Shown: positions 50,899 through 61,172, numbered from the stretch's first letter. The stretch is 62,451 nt of DNA from an uncultured Candidatus Saccharibacteria bacterium (GCA_964532425.1 CAZHIA010000009.1:1-62451), one strand, 5' to 3'. Translations and numbers: made by a program. The notes: generated by a model not told the origin, from the letters alone.

Positions 50899-51966
50899 TT
50901 ACTCTTCGTCGTCAGAAGGCTCAACTTTGTTCGGCAATGCTTCACCTGACTTGGCTTTTTCGCGTACGTTTTTGTCGATATCGCGGAAGACTTTGTCATT
51001 CTCTTTGAGGAACGTTTTTGTGTTCTCCCGGCCGACGCCAAGCTTAACATCCCCAAAAGAAAAAGTGTTGCCGTTTTTCGCAATCACGCCAAGGACCACT
51101 CCCGTATCCAGTAAGTCGCCAGTCTTGGAAATGCCCTCATTGTACATAATGTCGAACTCCGTGACCTTGAATGGCGGCGCCACTTTATTCTTGACGATCT
51201 TGACCTTGACCCGGTTGCCGATAATGTTCTCGCCGTTCTTGATCTGGGCGCTGCGCCTGACTTCGATGCGGACTGAGGAATAGAATTTCAAGGCATTACC
51301 GCCGGTCGTGGTCTCGGGATTGCCGAACATGACGCCAATCTTCATGCGGATCTGGTTAATAAACACGACCGTGGTCTGCGACTTGGAAATGATGCCGGTC
51401 AGCTTACGCAAGGCTTGGCTCATGAGTCGCGCCTGCAGACCCATATGACTCTCTCCCATTTCCCCTTCGATTTCGTTACGGGGCGTAAGAGCTGCTACCG
51501 AATCAACTACGATCAGATCCAATCCGTTGCTGCGCACCAGTGTTTCGCAGATATCCAGAGCCTGTTCGCCATTGTCCGGCTGGGAGATAAGCAAGTCTTC
51601 CAATTTAACCCCAATGCGCTTGGCATAGTCCGGATCGAGTGCATGCTCGGCATCGATGAATGCTGCCAGGCCTCCGCGCTTCTGCACCTCGGCGATCATA
51701 TGAAGGGTCAACGTGGTCTTTCCAGAGCTCTCCGGTCCATAGACTTCTATAATTCTCCCCTTAGGAATACCGCCGACACCAAGGGCAAGATCGAGGGAGA
51801 TGGACCCGGTCGGAATAGCTTCAATGTTCAGAGTTTGTGTGTCGGACAATTTCATAATACTTCCGTCCCCGAACTTGTCCTTAATCTGGTCGAGGGCGGA
51901 CTCAACCGCTTTCCACTTGCCGGTCACGGCTGGAGCGGCTGCTGTTTTTGCTTGTTGTTTGGCCAT
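50899..51966 (-). CDS. recA: recombinase RecA
   Basis: [12 protein letters not shown] Walker [11 protein letters not shown] and VVDSVAAL. Start at MAKQQA (51966). Confidence 0.97.
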   Translation of the reverse strand: MAKQQAKTAAAPAVTGKWKAVESALDQIKDKFGDGSIMKLSDTQTLNIEAIPTGSISLDLALGVGGIPKGRIIEVYGPESSGKTTLTLHMIAEVQKRGGLAAFIDAEHALDPDYAKRIGVKLEDLLISQPDNGEQALDICETLVRSNGLDLIVVDSVAALTPRNEIEGEMGESHMGLQARLMSQALRKLTGIISKSQTTVVFINQIRMKIGVMFGNPETTTGGNALKFYSSVRIEVRRSAQIKNGENIIGNRVKVKIVKNKVAPPFKVTEFDIMYNEGISKTGDLLDTGVVLGVIAKNGNTFSFGDVKLGVGRENTKTFLKENDKVFRDIDKNVREKAKSGEALPNKVEPSDDEE

Positions 51967-51976
51967 TGTATTAAAA

Positions 51977-52056
51977 CCTTTGACCTTTGACATGTGACAA
52001 TTGACTTTATGGGCCGCAGGCCTCTGTCAAAGGTTAAATGTCAAATGTTAAATGTT
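51977..52056. repeat. word-repeat element, family tgacatttgac (copy B)
   Basis: cctttgacctttgacatgtgacaattgacttt, loop atgggccgcaggcctct, then gtcaaaggttaaatgtcaaatgttaaatgtt. The left arm is 31/32 and the right arm 31/31 identical to copy A. Confidence 0.9.
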
Positions 52057-52130
52057 GTATTATAAGTATACGAACGTTCACCTATACCAGTATACCACAT
52101 GCTCACAAGCACGCAAGCCCACCCTGGGGA

Positions 52131-53081
52131 TTACTGGCCGGCAGACACCCCGGCGCTCTGAGCCAAAAATGGCACATTATCTAGGCGTTCCCCGCTTCGA
52201 CCCAAGGGACCAAGCCGTTGACTACCCAACGTGGCAATAGTTGCTCCTGCGTTAGAAGTAGAAATGGAAATTTTAGTTTTCGCTTGCAATGTTTTAACAT
52301 CACCGGCGTGATACACGGCAACCTCCTCCCGTTGGTCATCTACGCTCATATGCAGCTCGACAGTATCCGTGAATTCCAGCTGAAGGGAAAAGACGCTGTC
52401 ACCGGCCACCATCCCAGCTTCACCGACGATCGAAACAGACTTGCCGGTCGCTTTGCCAAACTTGTTTCTCGCAACAAATTCCAATTGTTTCGGGCCGCTG
52501 CCTACGCCTACTTTTGTTTTAAACTCACCCCGGTCATCGACAAAAACATTCTCGCCGTTGATGGTCACGTTCATACCGGGCTCAGTTTTTCCGCTCACAC
52601 TCACCGATGAATCCTTGATAATTTGACGGTCCTTTGGTTCCAGAATTTCCAATGCCGGCGCCCTATTGATGGACAAGATCTGCCAAATGATATAGACCAA
52701 GGTTCCCGTCACGAATACAACACCGGCGGTCACCGAAAGAACCTTCGGGGTAATGACCACGCGAGAAAACCAGTTTTTATTCAAATGCTGCTGGGCTTTT
52801 TGCCTAGTCAGCTGCTGCTGGATCATGCGCTCGCGCTTGTACTGGCTAATCAACATTTCCACATCAATATGATACAAGGCACCAAGCTGCCGCAAAAACC
52901 CTAACACATACACGTCGGCCGGCAGACGCTCGAAATTACCCTCTTCCAAATCTGCTATAAACTGCTGTTTGACTCCGGATTTTTCGGCCACCTCAACCAA
53001 GCTCAAATCCAGCTGTCCACGCACCTCGGCCAAGTATTCCCCAAGAGTTTCCAGATTGATTTTTTTAGTTTCGAATATCAT
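52131..53081 (-). CDS. rodZ: RodZ-like protein (HTH, TM helix, C-terminal beta domain)
   Basis: HTH LSLVEVAEKSGVKQQFIADLEEGNFERLPADVYVLGFLRQ, followed by one TM helix. Start at MIFETKK (53081). Confidence 0.7.
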   Translation of the reverse strand: MIFETKKINLETLGEYLAEVRGQLDLSLVEVAEKSGVKQQFIADLEEGNFERLPADVYVLGFLRQLGALYHIDVEMLISQYKRERMIQQQLTRQKAQQHLNKNWFSRVVITPKVLSVTAGVVFVTGTLVYIIWQILSINRAPALEILEPKDRQIIKDSSVSVSGKTEPGMNVTINGENVFVDDRGEFKTKVGVGSGPKQLEFVARNKFGKATGKSVSIVGEAGMVAGDSVFSLQLEFTDTVELHMSVDDQREEVAVYHAGDVKTLQAKTKISISTSNAGATIATLGSQRLGPLGRSGERLDNVPFLAQSAGVSAGQ

Positions 53082-53086
53082 AATAG

Positions 53087-53341
53087 AAAATTCCAAATCT
53101 CAAATTACAAACCTGGGGACGACATGTGACCTGTAACCATTGACATTTGACCGTAGTGCAAGCCCCGTAGACTTGTTGTACGAGGCAGGCCAGTGGCCTG
53201 CCCCGTGTCAAATGTCACATGTCAATTGTCAAATGTCCCTTGTCTGTTTATTTGTGTTTTGTGATTTGGCCCCATCATTCGATGGGACCACCCCGTCGCA
53301 TGACGGGGTGGATTTTTATTGGAAATTGGGAATTGGATTTT
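53087..53341. repeat. two-level nested word-repeat inverted repeat (aattccaaat outside, tgacatttgac inside)
   Basis: Outer pair aaaattccaaatctcaaattacaaa .. ttggaaattgggaattggatttt. Inner pair 53121-53151 / 53207-53237. The core holds ggcaggcc agt ggcctgcc (53184-53202) and ccaccccgtc gcat gacggggtgg. Confidence 0.8.
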
Positions 53342-55616
53342 ACATTTCCTCTTCTACCGGCTCCTCTACTCCATACTCGGCCCGTTCTTCCGGAGGAATG
53401 GCCCCATAAACTTCGCGCGGCTTTGCACCGTCACCCGGTCCGATAATACCTTTCTCTTCCAGAATGTCCAGCAAACGGGCAGCTCGGGCATATCCCACGC
53501 GAAGCCGACGCTGGAGCAGCGAGGCCGAGGCCTTGCCCGCCCTGGTTACCACATCTTTAGCTTCTTCAAAGAGCGGATCGTCATCTCCCCCACCTTCTTC
53601 TTCCACGCCCGGCACTCCAAGGGATTTCTTAGGTTTTTCCAAAATCTCTTCATTATAGATAACCGCGCCGGTCTGCTGCTTGAAGAAATCAACCACCCGC
53701 TTGACTTCCTTCTCGCCGACATAGGCTCCCTGGATGCGCTTCGGCTGATTGAATTCAGTGGTCACGAACAACATATCGCCGCGTCCGAGCAACTTTTCCG
53801 CGCCCGAGGTATCAAGAATCGTCCGGCTGTCTACCTGGCTGCCCACCGCAAAGGCAATGCGGGACGTAATGTTGGCCTTGATAAGACCGGTAATAATGTC
53901 CACGCTCGGCCGTTGGGTGGCTACCACCAGGTGAATACCGACCGCGCGCGCCATTTGGGCCAGCCGCACGATTGCGCCTTCAACTTCCGCTTTTGCCACC
54001 TGCATCAGGTCGGCCAACTCATCGATAATGATGACAATATAGTGCATGCGCAGCTCGGTCGCTTCATTGTATTCGGTAATATTGCGCTTCCCCACTTCGG
54101 ACAGCAAGCGGTACCGGCGATCCATTTCCGAGACAGCCCATTTCAACGCATTGACCGCCTTGTCGTGATCGGTCACTACCGGTGTGAGCAGATGGGGAAT
54201 GCCATTATACAAGTTCAGCTCTACGCGCTTGGGGTCGACGATAATAAATTTTACATCCTGCGGAGTATTACGGTACAGCAGCGAAATGAGCAAAGTGTTA
54301 ATGCCAACGCTCTTTCCGGAACCAGTCGTACCGGCTACGAGCAGGTGAGGCATGCTCGCCAAGTCGGTGACAATCGGCTCACCCGCTACATCGCGGCCGA
54401 GTCCAAACGCCAGTTTGCTGCCGTGATTGACGAACTGCTTGGTCTGTAAAACTTCGCGCAACACGACCGTGGCTTTCGTCTTATTCGGAACTTCTATGCC
54501 CACTAAGGGCTTGCCGGGAATGGGCAATTCCATGCGGATCGAAGAAGCAGCCAAGGCCATAGCCATGTTATTTTGCAAAGCCGCGATCTCCGACAAACGA
54601 ACGCCAGGTGCAGGAGCCAGCGTATACTGGGTGACGGTCGGCCCGACGTTTACTTCGCCCATTTCGACCTCAATGCCGAAATCTGCCAAAGTCTTTTTAA
54701 TGAGCGCCACATTCACCTCTATATTACCGCTGTCCACCTGTGATTTATTATCCTCAAGAAGGTCAAACGAGGGCAGCTTCCAGTCTTTGCGCTCGATTTG
54801 AACCTGTTCGACCGGAGCCAGCGAAGGGCCCGGCATGTTGACTTTGGTCTCAAGGGGAGCCTTCGGCTTTTCCGGCACGACCGGCTTTGCTTCTTCCGCG
54901 GGTTCGGCTGCCAATTTTTTATTGGTATCCACAACCTTCTCGGGAGTAAATCCGGCACTGCCCATTGCATTGATTTTTATAGCCGGTTTGGCCAGGCCGA
55001 GGCTTATTTTTTCGCCTTTCGCTTCTACTTTTGATTCATCTTTTTTCGCCCAGAAGTATGTAAGCGGAATATTGAACGCCACTAAAATACCGATGCACAT
55101 AAGAGCAAACAATACGAGGCTCCCGGCCCAAAATCCGAACAATGAAAAACTTGGCTGCGCGAAAATTGCTCCCAAATAACCGCCGCCTTTACCGGCAGAG
55201 GCAGCCTGAAATGCCGTTTCCGTTGCACTGATAAAGAATAGATGGATGATACCAGCGATACTGCCGGTAAGCAGAACCGCTCCCAAGTATGTGCGGAAAT
55301 AAAACGCACTCTGGGCATCCTCTTCGCTCTGCAGGTCTTGTTTAAGCAATGAGATAGCAATGAGCAAGAAAATTATCGGCACCAGGTACGCCATGACCCC
55401 AAAGGCCATCAGCATAGCCGAAAGCATGATTGAACCAAAACTTCCCGCAATCCGGGCGAGGCTCAGTATCGAAAGCAATGCCAGAACGATAAATATAATA
55501 ACCACAATACCCCGCTTGGTCTCGCGGGAAAGGTTCAATTTTGGAGTTGCCAACTTAACTTGTCTGCGCGCCTCCCGGAGATCACCCTTGTCTTGATTCT
55601 TTTTGTTTCTTCCCAT
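53340..55616 (-). CDS. ftsK: DNA translocase FtsK/SpoIIIE
   Basis: N-terminal TM helices, Walker A GTTGSGKSV, Walker B IVIIIDELADL and a gamma (winged-helix) domain LLQRRLRVGYARAARLLD. Confidence 0.96.
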   Translation of the reverse strand: MGRNKKNQDKGDLREARRQVKLATPKLNLSRETKRGIVVIIFIVLALLSILSLARIAGSFGSIMLSAMLMAFGVMAYLVPIIFLLIAISLLKQDLQSEEDAQSAFYFRTYLGAVLLTGSIAGIIHLFFISATETAFQAASAGKGGGYLGAIFAQPSFSLFGFWAGSLVLFALMCIGILVAFNIPLTYFWAKKDESKVEAKGEKISLGLAKPAIKINAMGSAGFTPEKVVDTNKKLAAEPAEEAKPVVPEKPKAPLETKVNMPGPSLAPVEQVQIERKDWKLPSFDLLEDNKSQVDSGNIEVNVALIKKTLADFGIEVEMGEVNVGPTVTQYTLAPAPGVRLSEIAALQNNMAMALAASSIRMELPIPGKPLVGIEVPNKTKATVVLREVLQTKQFVNHGSKLAFGLGRDVAGEPIVTDLASMPHLLVAGTTGSGKSVGINTLLISLLYRNTPQDVKFIIVDPKRVELNLYNGIPHLLTPVVTDHDKAVNALKWAVSEMDRRYRLLSEVGKRNITEYNEATELRMHYIVIIIDELADLMQVAKAEVEGAIVRLAQMARAVGIHLVVATQRPSVDIITGLIKANITSRIAFAVGSQVDSRTILDTSGAEKLLGRGDMLFVTTEFNQPKRIQGAYVGEKEVKRVVDFFKQQTGAVIYNEEILEKPKKSLGVPGVEEEGGGDDDPLFEEAKDVVTRAGKASASLLQRRLRVGYARAARLLDILEEKGIIGPGDGAKPREVYGAIPPEERAEYGVEEPVEEEM

Positions 55617-55688
55617 GAATGTTAGCTAAAAGTACTTTATAAGCATTATGATTGTAGCATTTTTTAGTACAAACTAAAACCCTCCCGG

Positions 55689-55717
55689 TTGACAATACTG
55701 CTTTTTTTTGGTACTAT
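55689..55717 (+). promoter_or_regulatory. sigma70-type promoter with an extended -10
   Basis: TTGACA (55689-55694), 17 nt, TACTAT (55712-55717), preceded by TGg. Confidence 0.65.
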
Positions 55718-55936
55718 GCGGTGTCGTTCCCCGGAAAATTACCTTGAAAGGGATCTTGTTTTGGCTCCGGTCCCAACCACTTACCATGCCGGCGAGCGAC
55801 ACCTCCGGATAACAGTGACTATAGGACTTAAGTACTGCAGCGCGCGCTGCACAGGCTTGTCCCTCATCCATTGTCCGGCCTTGCGGCTACAACCGCCAAC
55901 CTGCAACTTCTCTCAACAAAAAAGGAGAAAGTCTGT

Positions 55937-56524
55937 ATGGAGCCTACACGGCTGTGCCTTATATGGAGGAATATATCTGCGCGAGTGCAGCACTGTCTGC
56001 AAGATCTTGCCGAGCGCAAATGCGCAGAGCGTTACTCATACACACCAGAAGAAGAACAGCTGTTGGCATCGCTTTGGGCGGAAAGGGAAAAAGAACTACA
56101 GGAGATCGATGAAACGGTCCGGACTTTTATGGCCGTTTACCCGTCCCTGAGACCTTCAAACTTTTCGATCCCGGAGACCTTGCCTTCGCAAGCGTTTTGG
56201 CTCGCTTACCACGCTCTCATGTTGCTTGCTGAACGCGCAAGCAATCATGCGTCTGGACAGCCAGAGCTTGTGTCGATTCGATTCACAGCTGAAGGATCAA
56301 TGCTCATTAACGGCACGTTCACCATTCCGGCCCAAACGGTGCGGGATGAAGTATTTCGGCTCGTTGGGCAGCAGATCCCGGAGGTCGATCAGGCAGTGTC
56401 CAGCCAGCTCGTCTGTTGGCTGAGCGCTGCGGGACAGAAGCACGCCCCGCTGTTCGATCCTCAGTTCAGCCAACGCGATCCCGCCGACCAGAGCGATTTT
56501 CTGGCAGCCTGGCGGGTCAGCTAA
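55937..56524 (+). CDS. hypothetical protein (orphan)
   Basis: aaggaga SD 8 nt upstream of ATG 55937. 195 aa. No family recognised. About 210-nt structured leader. Confidence 0.6.
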   Translation: MEPTRLCLIWRNISARVQHCLQDLAERKCAERYSYTPEEEQLLASLWAEREKELQEIDETVRTFMAVYPSLRPSNFSIPETLPSQAFWLAYHALMLLAERASNHASGQPELVSIRFTAEGSMLINGTFTIPAQTVRDEVFRLVGQQIPEVDQAVSSQLVCWLSAAGQKHAPLFDPQFSQRDPADQSDFLAAWRVS

Positions 56525-56544
56525 TCGCATACTCGCAACTAAAA

Positions 56545-56574
56545 CCCCGTTCCGATTTATCGGAACGGGGTTTT
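56545..56574 (+). terminator. Rho-independent terminator
   Basis: ccccgttccgat tt atcggaacgggg followed by tttt. Confidence 0.8.
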
Positions 56575-56649
56575 CAGTGTTTATTCAGCGTAGTAATCCG
56601 ACTTCGTATGAAGTCATGTCGGACACAGTCAGCGGCTGGTCTGCGGTTT

Positions 56650-57252
56650 TTAGAGGCCTTTTACCTTAACCTTCTTGGTCTTGGCTTTGGCAGCTTTCGG
56701 AATGATGACGGTCAGAATACCGTCTTTGAGGTCAGCTTCGATTTCTTCACTGTCGATGTCGACCGGAATAATGACGCTACGGGAGAAATTACCCCAGTAA
56801 CATTCCTGGTAGAAGTAATCGTCCTGGGAAATATTTTCTTCCTTCTTACGGGCTCCCTTGATAGTCACCATGTCATTCGCAACGGTAATATCAATATCCT
56901 CAGGCCGCACACCGGCAATGGTCGATTTGATGATGACATTGTCCTTGGTCTGGTACATGTCAATGTTCAGCTGCCCTTCGAAGTCAGACATCCATTCATC
57001 ACCGCTGTCTTTTTGAGCCTGCGGGGCTGCCTTTTTGGCCACCACCGGCTCTTCCGGCTCTTCGGCAGCCTCTTCCTCAACCACTTCCACAACTTCCTGT
57101 TCTTCCACCATCTCGTCATCGGCAACCAGTTCTTCCGGTTCCATATCCTGCGGCGGCACCTGCTCGACCACTTCCTCTTCCTGCGGCTGGTCGTCGGTAA
57201 TGCTGCCTCCCATTATTTTCCCAAAAAAGGATGTACGTTCTCGCTTAGGCAT
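56650..57252 (-). CDS. Hsp20/alpha-crystallin small heat-shock protein with an acidic N-terminal extension
   Basis: LNIDMYQTKDNVIIKSTIAGVRPEDIDITV..F.RSV.IP..ID...I.A.LKDGILTVIIPK. Confidence 0.9.
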   Translation of the reverse strand: MPKRERTSFFGKIMGGSITDDQPQEEEVVEQVPPQDMEPEELVADDEMVEEQEVVEVVEEEAAEEPEEPVVAKKAAPQAQKDSGDEWMSDFEGQLNIDMYQTKDNVIIKSTIAGVRPEDIDITVANDMVTIKGARKKEENISQDDYFYQECYWGNFSRSVIIPVDIDSEEIEADLKDGILTVIIPKAAKAKTKKVKVKGL

Positions 57253-57418
57253 ATAGTAGAATATTTAAGTTTAAGTTTCAGTAGAGCAGATTATCCTGGT
57301 TTTATATTACGTCATCGCGCCAATCTCGTCAAACCCTGTAAAACAACAAAAAGGCCTATATTTATTATGGTTTTTAAGGCTAACAACGCCGTCAGCCCTC
57401 CTCAAAGACAGGACAATT

Positions 57419-58528
57419 TTACTTTTTAACCGTGGCGTTCATAACACTTTCAACCAACACTTTCCGGTCTCCGAGCACTTCAGCGATGTTTGTGTTCTCC
57501 TTGAGTTGCTCTCTGAACTTTCCCGTCATGAGCTCTTCCGCTGCTTCGGCTGCAATATTGATCGGCTCGGGCATAACCAAACCCTTCTCTACTAGATATG
57601 TATAATTCAGCTCTTCCTGGCCTGGGAGCATGTGCGAAACAAGGATTGGTAATTTAAAAGAGAGGGCTTCCGTGGTCGAAAGGCCTCCGGGCTTGGAGAT
57701 AAAGATGTCGGCAATCGAGTATAGTTCGCACATGGGAGAATAAAAACCTAAAACCACCGCACTCGTGCCTTCGAGAACACTGTTTAAATGCTGAAACGCG
57801 CCGGCATTTTTTCCGCAGACCACAATTACCCGGGTACTCGGCAAGGCAACCAGGTCGCGCAGCACCGATTCATCAAACCCAGTCCCCAAAGACCCGCTAC
57901 CGGCCAGTATCACCTTTTCATCTGGTTTGATCCCCAGTTTCTGCCTGACATGCTCCTTGTCGATAGGAGGACAATCGGCCAGCGTCATACCACAGACATG
58001 AACCCGGTCTGCGGGAATACCAAGCTTAACCATCTCTTCTTTCTGCTGCGGGATGTTAGCCAGATAAAAATCCGCATGCGGGTAGAGCCAGAACGGATGC
58101 AAGTGGAAATCAGAAAACGCGATGCCGAACGTGCCTCGATATAATTTTTTTACTTTTAAATACTCAACGAGCGCCGAAGCCGTGGTCTGCGTAGCTATGA
58201 CTGTGTCGGGCATGAAACCATCAATAACAGCTTTGAGGTTCTCATAGTTTTTAGAAGCCACTCTCACCCGCCACGGTGAAGTAACCCGGTTCACCCATTC
58301 GCTCTGGTACAAAAAACTCCACAAACCGGGAAGATGCGTATTGATAAATTTATGTAGCCCGGTTCCGAAGTCAACAAGCTTGCCTTCCTGAACCTTCAAT
58401 ACATCCTCCAGCTTGACCACGCACCCTGCCTGGCTAAGCACGGCCCCGATGTTCTCCGCCATACTTTTGTGGCCTAAGCCGACGGAAGTATAGAGGATCA
58501 AAATTCTTTTTGATTGTTCGTCATTCAT
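57419..58528 (-). CDS. MGDG-synthase / UgtP-like (GT28) glycosyltransferase
   Basis: RILILYTSVGLGHKSMAENI N-terminal motif and a GT-B C-terminal half (ISKPGGLSTTEAL). Start at MNDEQS (58528). Confidence 0.8.
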   Translation of the reverse strand: MNDEQSKRILILYTSVGLGHKSMAENIGAVLSQAGCVVKLEDVLKVQEGKLVDFGTGLHKFINTHLPGLWSFLYQSEWVNRVTSPWRVRVASKNYENLKAVIDGFMPDTVIATQTTASALVEYLKVKKLYRGTFGIAFSDFHLHPFWLYPHADFYLANIPQQKEEMVKLGIPADRVHVCGMTLADCPPIDKEHVRQKLGIKPDEKVILAGSGSLGTGFDESVLRDLVALPSTRVIVVCGKNAGAFQHLNSVLEGTSAVVLGFYSPMCELYSIADIFISKPGGLSTTEALSFKLPILVSHMLPGQEELNYTYLVEKGLVMPEPINIAAEAAEELMTGKFREQLKENTNIAEVLGDRKVLVESVMNATVKK

Positions 58529-58616
58529 AGTATTTGAGAATACTTCTGTATTGTAGTGGAACAAGCCCCAAAAAACAACCATAATGGAGCGCAGATTGAC
58601 CCAATACTACTTTGCT

Positions 58617-58658
58617 TTAAAAATACGCCAGGAACTTCCAAGAAGTTCCTGGCGTATT
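58617..58658 (-). terminator. terminator after aspA (17-bp stem)
   Basis: aatacgccaggaacttc caa gaagttcctggcgtatt. On the minus strand it is followed by ttttaaag. Confidence 0.7.
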
Positions 58659-58680
58659 CACTCGTCTGTTGCACTTGAAA

Positions 58681-59997
58681 TCATATATGCTTGATAAACG
58701 ATTTTACCAGTTTGTCAAAGTCCCTCTGGCTGATAAATTTTTTTTCTACAGCGAGAGTTCGTATTGAGACTCCATTTTGGACCGACTCGCGCACCAATTC
58801 CTTGACGCGGTCATAGCCAAGTTTCGGGACCAGCAACGTGGCATAGGCAGTGGAAGCTTCCAACAGTTGTCTGCATCGCCGTTCGTCAGCCATGATCCCC
58901 TGCAAGCACGCAGAATCAAACTGTCGCACCACCTCGGCCGAGAGCATCAAAGATTCTATAATGATCGGGACGGTTACCGGCATCATGACATTTAACTCAA
59001 GCTGGGAAGCCGCGACCGCGTGCTCCACAATAGCCGTGTTTCCCGATATGAAATAATATAACTGGTTGACCGCTTCAGGCAAGACCGGGTTAACCTTTCC
59101 GGGCATAATTGATGAGCCGTTCTGCAGCGCAGGCAAGCGAATCTCCCCCAAGCCGGCAGCAGGCCCGCTCGACAATAAGCGCAGATCACCGGCAAGCCGT
59201 GAGAGATCAAGCGCCAGGCAGGATAGTGCCTGCATAAGACGGCACAAGTCAGTATGACTACTGGTCGCGGTCATCAAATTCTTTGCCGGCCTGACCGGCA
59301 ATCCGGTAACCTTCTTCAGTTCGCGATACAAAGCCGTAATATAGCCGCGGGGTGCATTGATAGAGTTGCCGATAGCATTGCCGCCCATGTTAAGATCCAA
59401 CAGCAGTACGGATGTCCTTCTGAGCCAAGAAATATTCCGAGCTAATGCCTCCGCATGCGCTCCAAATTCTGCCCCCAGCGTAGTTGGAACCGCATCCTGC
59501 AGATGAGTCCTGCCAACCTTAACTGCCCGATGAAGCTTTTTCGCCAGTTGTCGCAAACTCTTCTCCGCTGCCTCACTCGCATCCAACACATTTTGACTCA
59601 GACGAAGTGCTGTGATGCGCAAAGCCGATGGGATAATGTCGTTAGTAGACTGCAGGCAATTCACGTCATCGTTGGGATGGACCGTCCGACCGAGCAGTTC
59701 GCTGGCACGGGACGCCACCACCTCGTTGACATTCATATTAATAGACGTCCCCGCCCCTCCCTGGAACGCTGGCAGCGGAAACTGGTCTACAGGCAGATCT
59801 TCTAACAAAAACCGACAGGCCTGCTCAATGCTCCTCTGTTTGGCTTTTTCCAAAGACCCAGTCATCCCACAAGCCCTGACAGCCGCAAGCTTAATTTCTA
59901 CGACAGCCCGCAAGAATTCCTCCGGCACGCGCGTACCACTAAAGGGAAAATTTCTAATTGCCTTTTCCGTCTCATTTCCAAAATATTTTTTTTGCAT
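58681..59997 (-). CDS. aspA: aspartate ammonia-lyase (fumarase/aspartase family)
   Basis: QGGAGTSINMNVNEV, STNDIIPSA and the GSSIMPGKVNPV signature. QGGAGTS favours aspartase over fumarase C. Start at MQKKYFG (59997). Confidence 0.8.
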   Translation of the reverse strand: MQKKYFGNETEKAIRNFPFSGTRVPEEFLRAVVEIKLAAVRACGMTGSLEKAKQRSIEQACRFLLEDLPVDQFPLPAFQGGAGTSINMNVNEVVASRASELLGRTVHPNDDVNCLQSTNDIIPSALRITALRLSQNVLDASEAAEKSLRQLAKKLHRAVKVGRTHLQDAVPTTLGAEFGAHAEALARNISWLRRTSVLLLDLNMGGNAIGNSINAPRGYITALYRELKKVTGLPVRPAKNLMTATSSHTDLCRLMQALSCLALDLSRLAGDLRLLSSGPAAGLGEIRLPALQNGSSIMPGKVNPVLPEAVNQLYYFISGNTAIVEHAVAASQLELNVMMPVTVPIIIESLMLSAEVVRQFDSACLQGIMADERRCRQLLEASTAYATLLVPKLGYDRVKELVRESVQNGVSIRTLAVEKKFISQRDFDKLVKSFIKHI

Positions 59998-60035
59998 AAA
60001 ATGAAAGACTTGCGCCAAAAAGCGCAAGTCTAAAG

Positions 60036-61172
60036 TTATTGTATGGCAGCTGCCACTTTCGCGGCAACCGATTTATCGAGCGGGTTGGGTAAAATGCAAT
60101 CCACAGACAACTCTGTAACATGAGCGGCTAGGGATTCCGCAGCTTTCACCAGCATGGCATCCGTGATCCGACTCACCTGGTGGTCGAGCGCACCGCGGAA
60201 AATACCGGGGAAGGCCAGTACGTTATTGATCTGATTTGGAAAGTCGCTGCGCCCGGTAGCGGTTATAAAAGCGCCGGCAGCCCTGGCTTCATCCGGCATT
60301 ATCTCCGGAATAGGATTGGCAAGGGCAAACACCACGGGCTTGTCTGCCATGCTCTTCACCATATCCTGGGTCACTGCATTCTTAACGCTTACCCCAATAA
60401 AGACATCGGCACCCTTCAAGGCGTCTTGCAGACTCCCGGTACGGCGCTCCGGATTGGTACGGGCTGCCAGACCTTGTTTGACCGGATTTAGGTCATCCCT
60501 GCCGCCAGCAACAATACCTTTACTGTCACAGACGATAATATTCGGGATGCCGTAGCCGAGCAGCAAGTCAGTTACAGCAATACCGGCCGCTCCAGCTCCG
60601 TTGATGACCACCCTCGCCTGTTCCTTGGGAATACCTTTCAGCTTGAGTGCGTTAATCAGGGCAGCAAGCACGACCGTGGCCGTGCCGTGCTGGTCGTCGT
60701 GCATGACCGGAATATCCAGCTCCTGCTTCAGACGGTCCTCGATCTCGAAACAGCGGGGCGCGGAAATATCTTCCAGGTTAATGCCGCCAAAGCTCGGTGC
60801 GATGGCCTTGACCGCAGCAATGATCGCTTCCGTATCCTGGGTGGAAAGGCAGATCGGTACTGCATCGACATTGGCAAATTCTTTGAACAGTACCGCCTTT
60901 CCCTCCATGACCGGCATTGCGGCATCCGCCCCAAGATTGCCAAGTCCTAAAACCGCACTCCCATCGGTCACCACTGCCACCGTATTTCCCTTCCAAGTCA
61001 GCTCGCGCGAGAGAGATTTGTCTTTCGCGATCTCTTCGCATACGCGACCCACGCCGGGAGTGTAGGCTAGAGACAAATCTTCCCGGCTGTTCACCGGCAC
61101 TTTACTCACAACCGCCAGCTTGCCGTGGAATTTTTTATGCAGCTCCACTGACTGCTCGTAGACGTCGGCCAT
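60036..61172 (-). CDS. NAD(P)-dependent malic enzyme (short form)
   Basis: HGKLAVVSKVP..SLAYTPGV, AVVTDGSAVLGLGN, FGGINLEDI and INGAGAAG. Confidence 0.93.
   Translation of the reverse strand: MADVYEQSVELHKKFHGKLAVVSKVPVNSREDLSLAYTPGVGRVCEEIAKDKSLSRELTWKGNTVAVVTDGSAVLGLGNLGADAAMPVMEGKAVLFKEFANVDAVPICLSTQDTEAIIAAVKAIAPSFGGINLEDISAPRCFEIEDRLKQELDIPVMHDDQHGTATVVLAALINALKLKGIPKEQARVVINGAGAAGIAVTDLLLGYGIPNIIVCDSKGIVAGGRDDLNPVKQGLAARTNPERRTGSLQDALKGADVFIGVSVKNAVTQDMVKSMADKPVVFALANPIPEIMPDEARAAGAFITATGRSDFPNQINNVLAFPGIFRGALDHQVSRITDAMLVKAAESLAAHVTELSVDCILPNPLDKSVAAKVAAAIQ

Noticed and set aside
53319-54449. 376-aa plus-strand ORF antisense to ftsK. Similar cases are 14113-14952 (antisense to rny), 56416-57429 (antisense to hsp20), 15289-15900 (antisense to sod) and 9607-10194 (antisense to nusA).
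   Set aside because: The opposite strand encodes proteins with unambiguous family motifs. The antisense frames are low-complexity with no recognisable domains.
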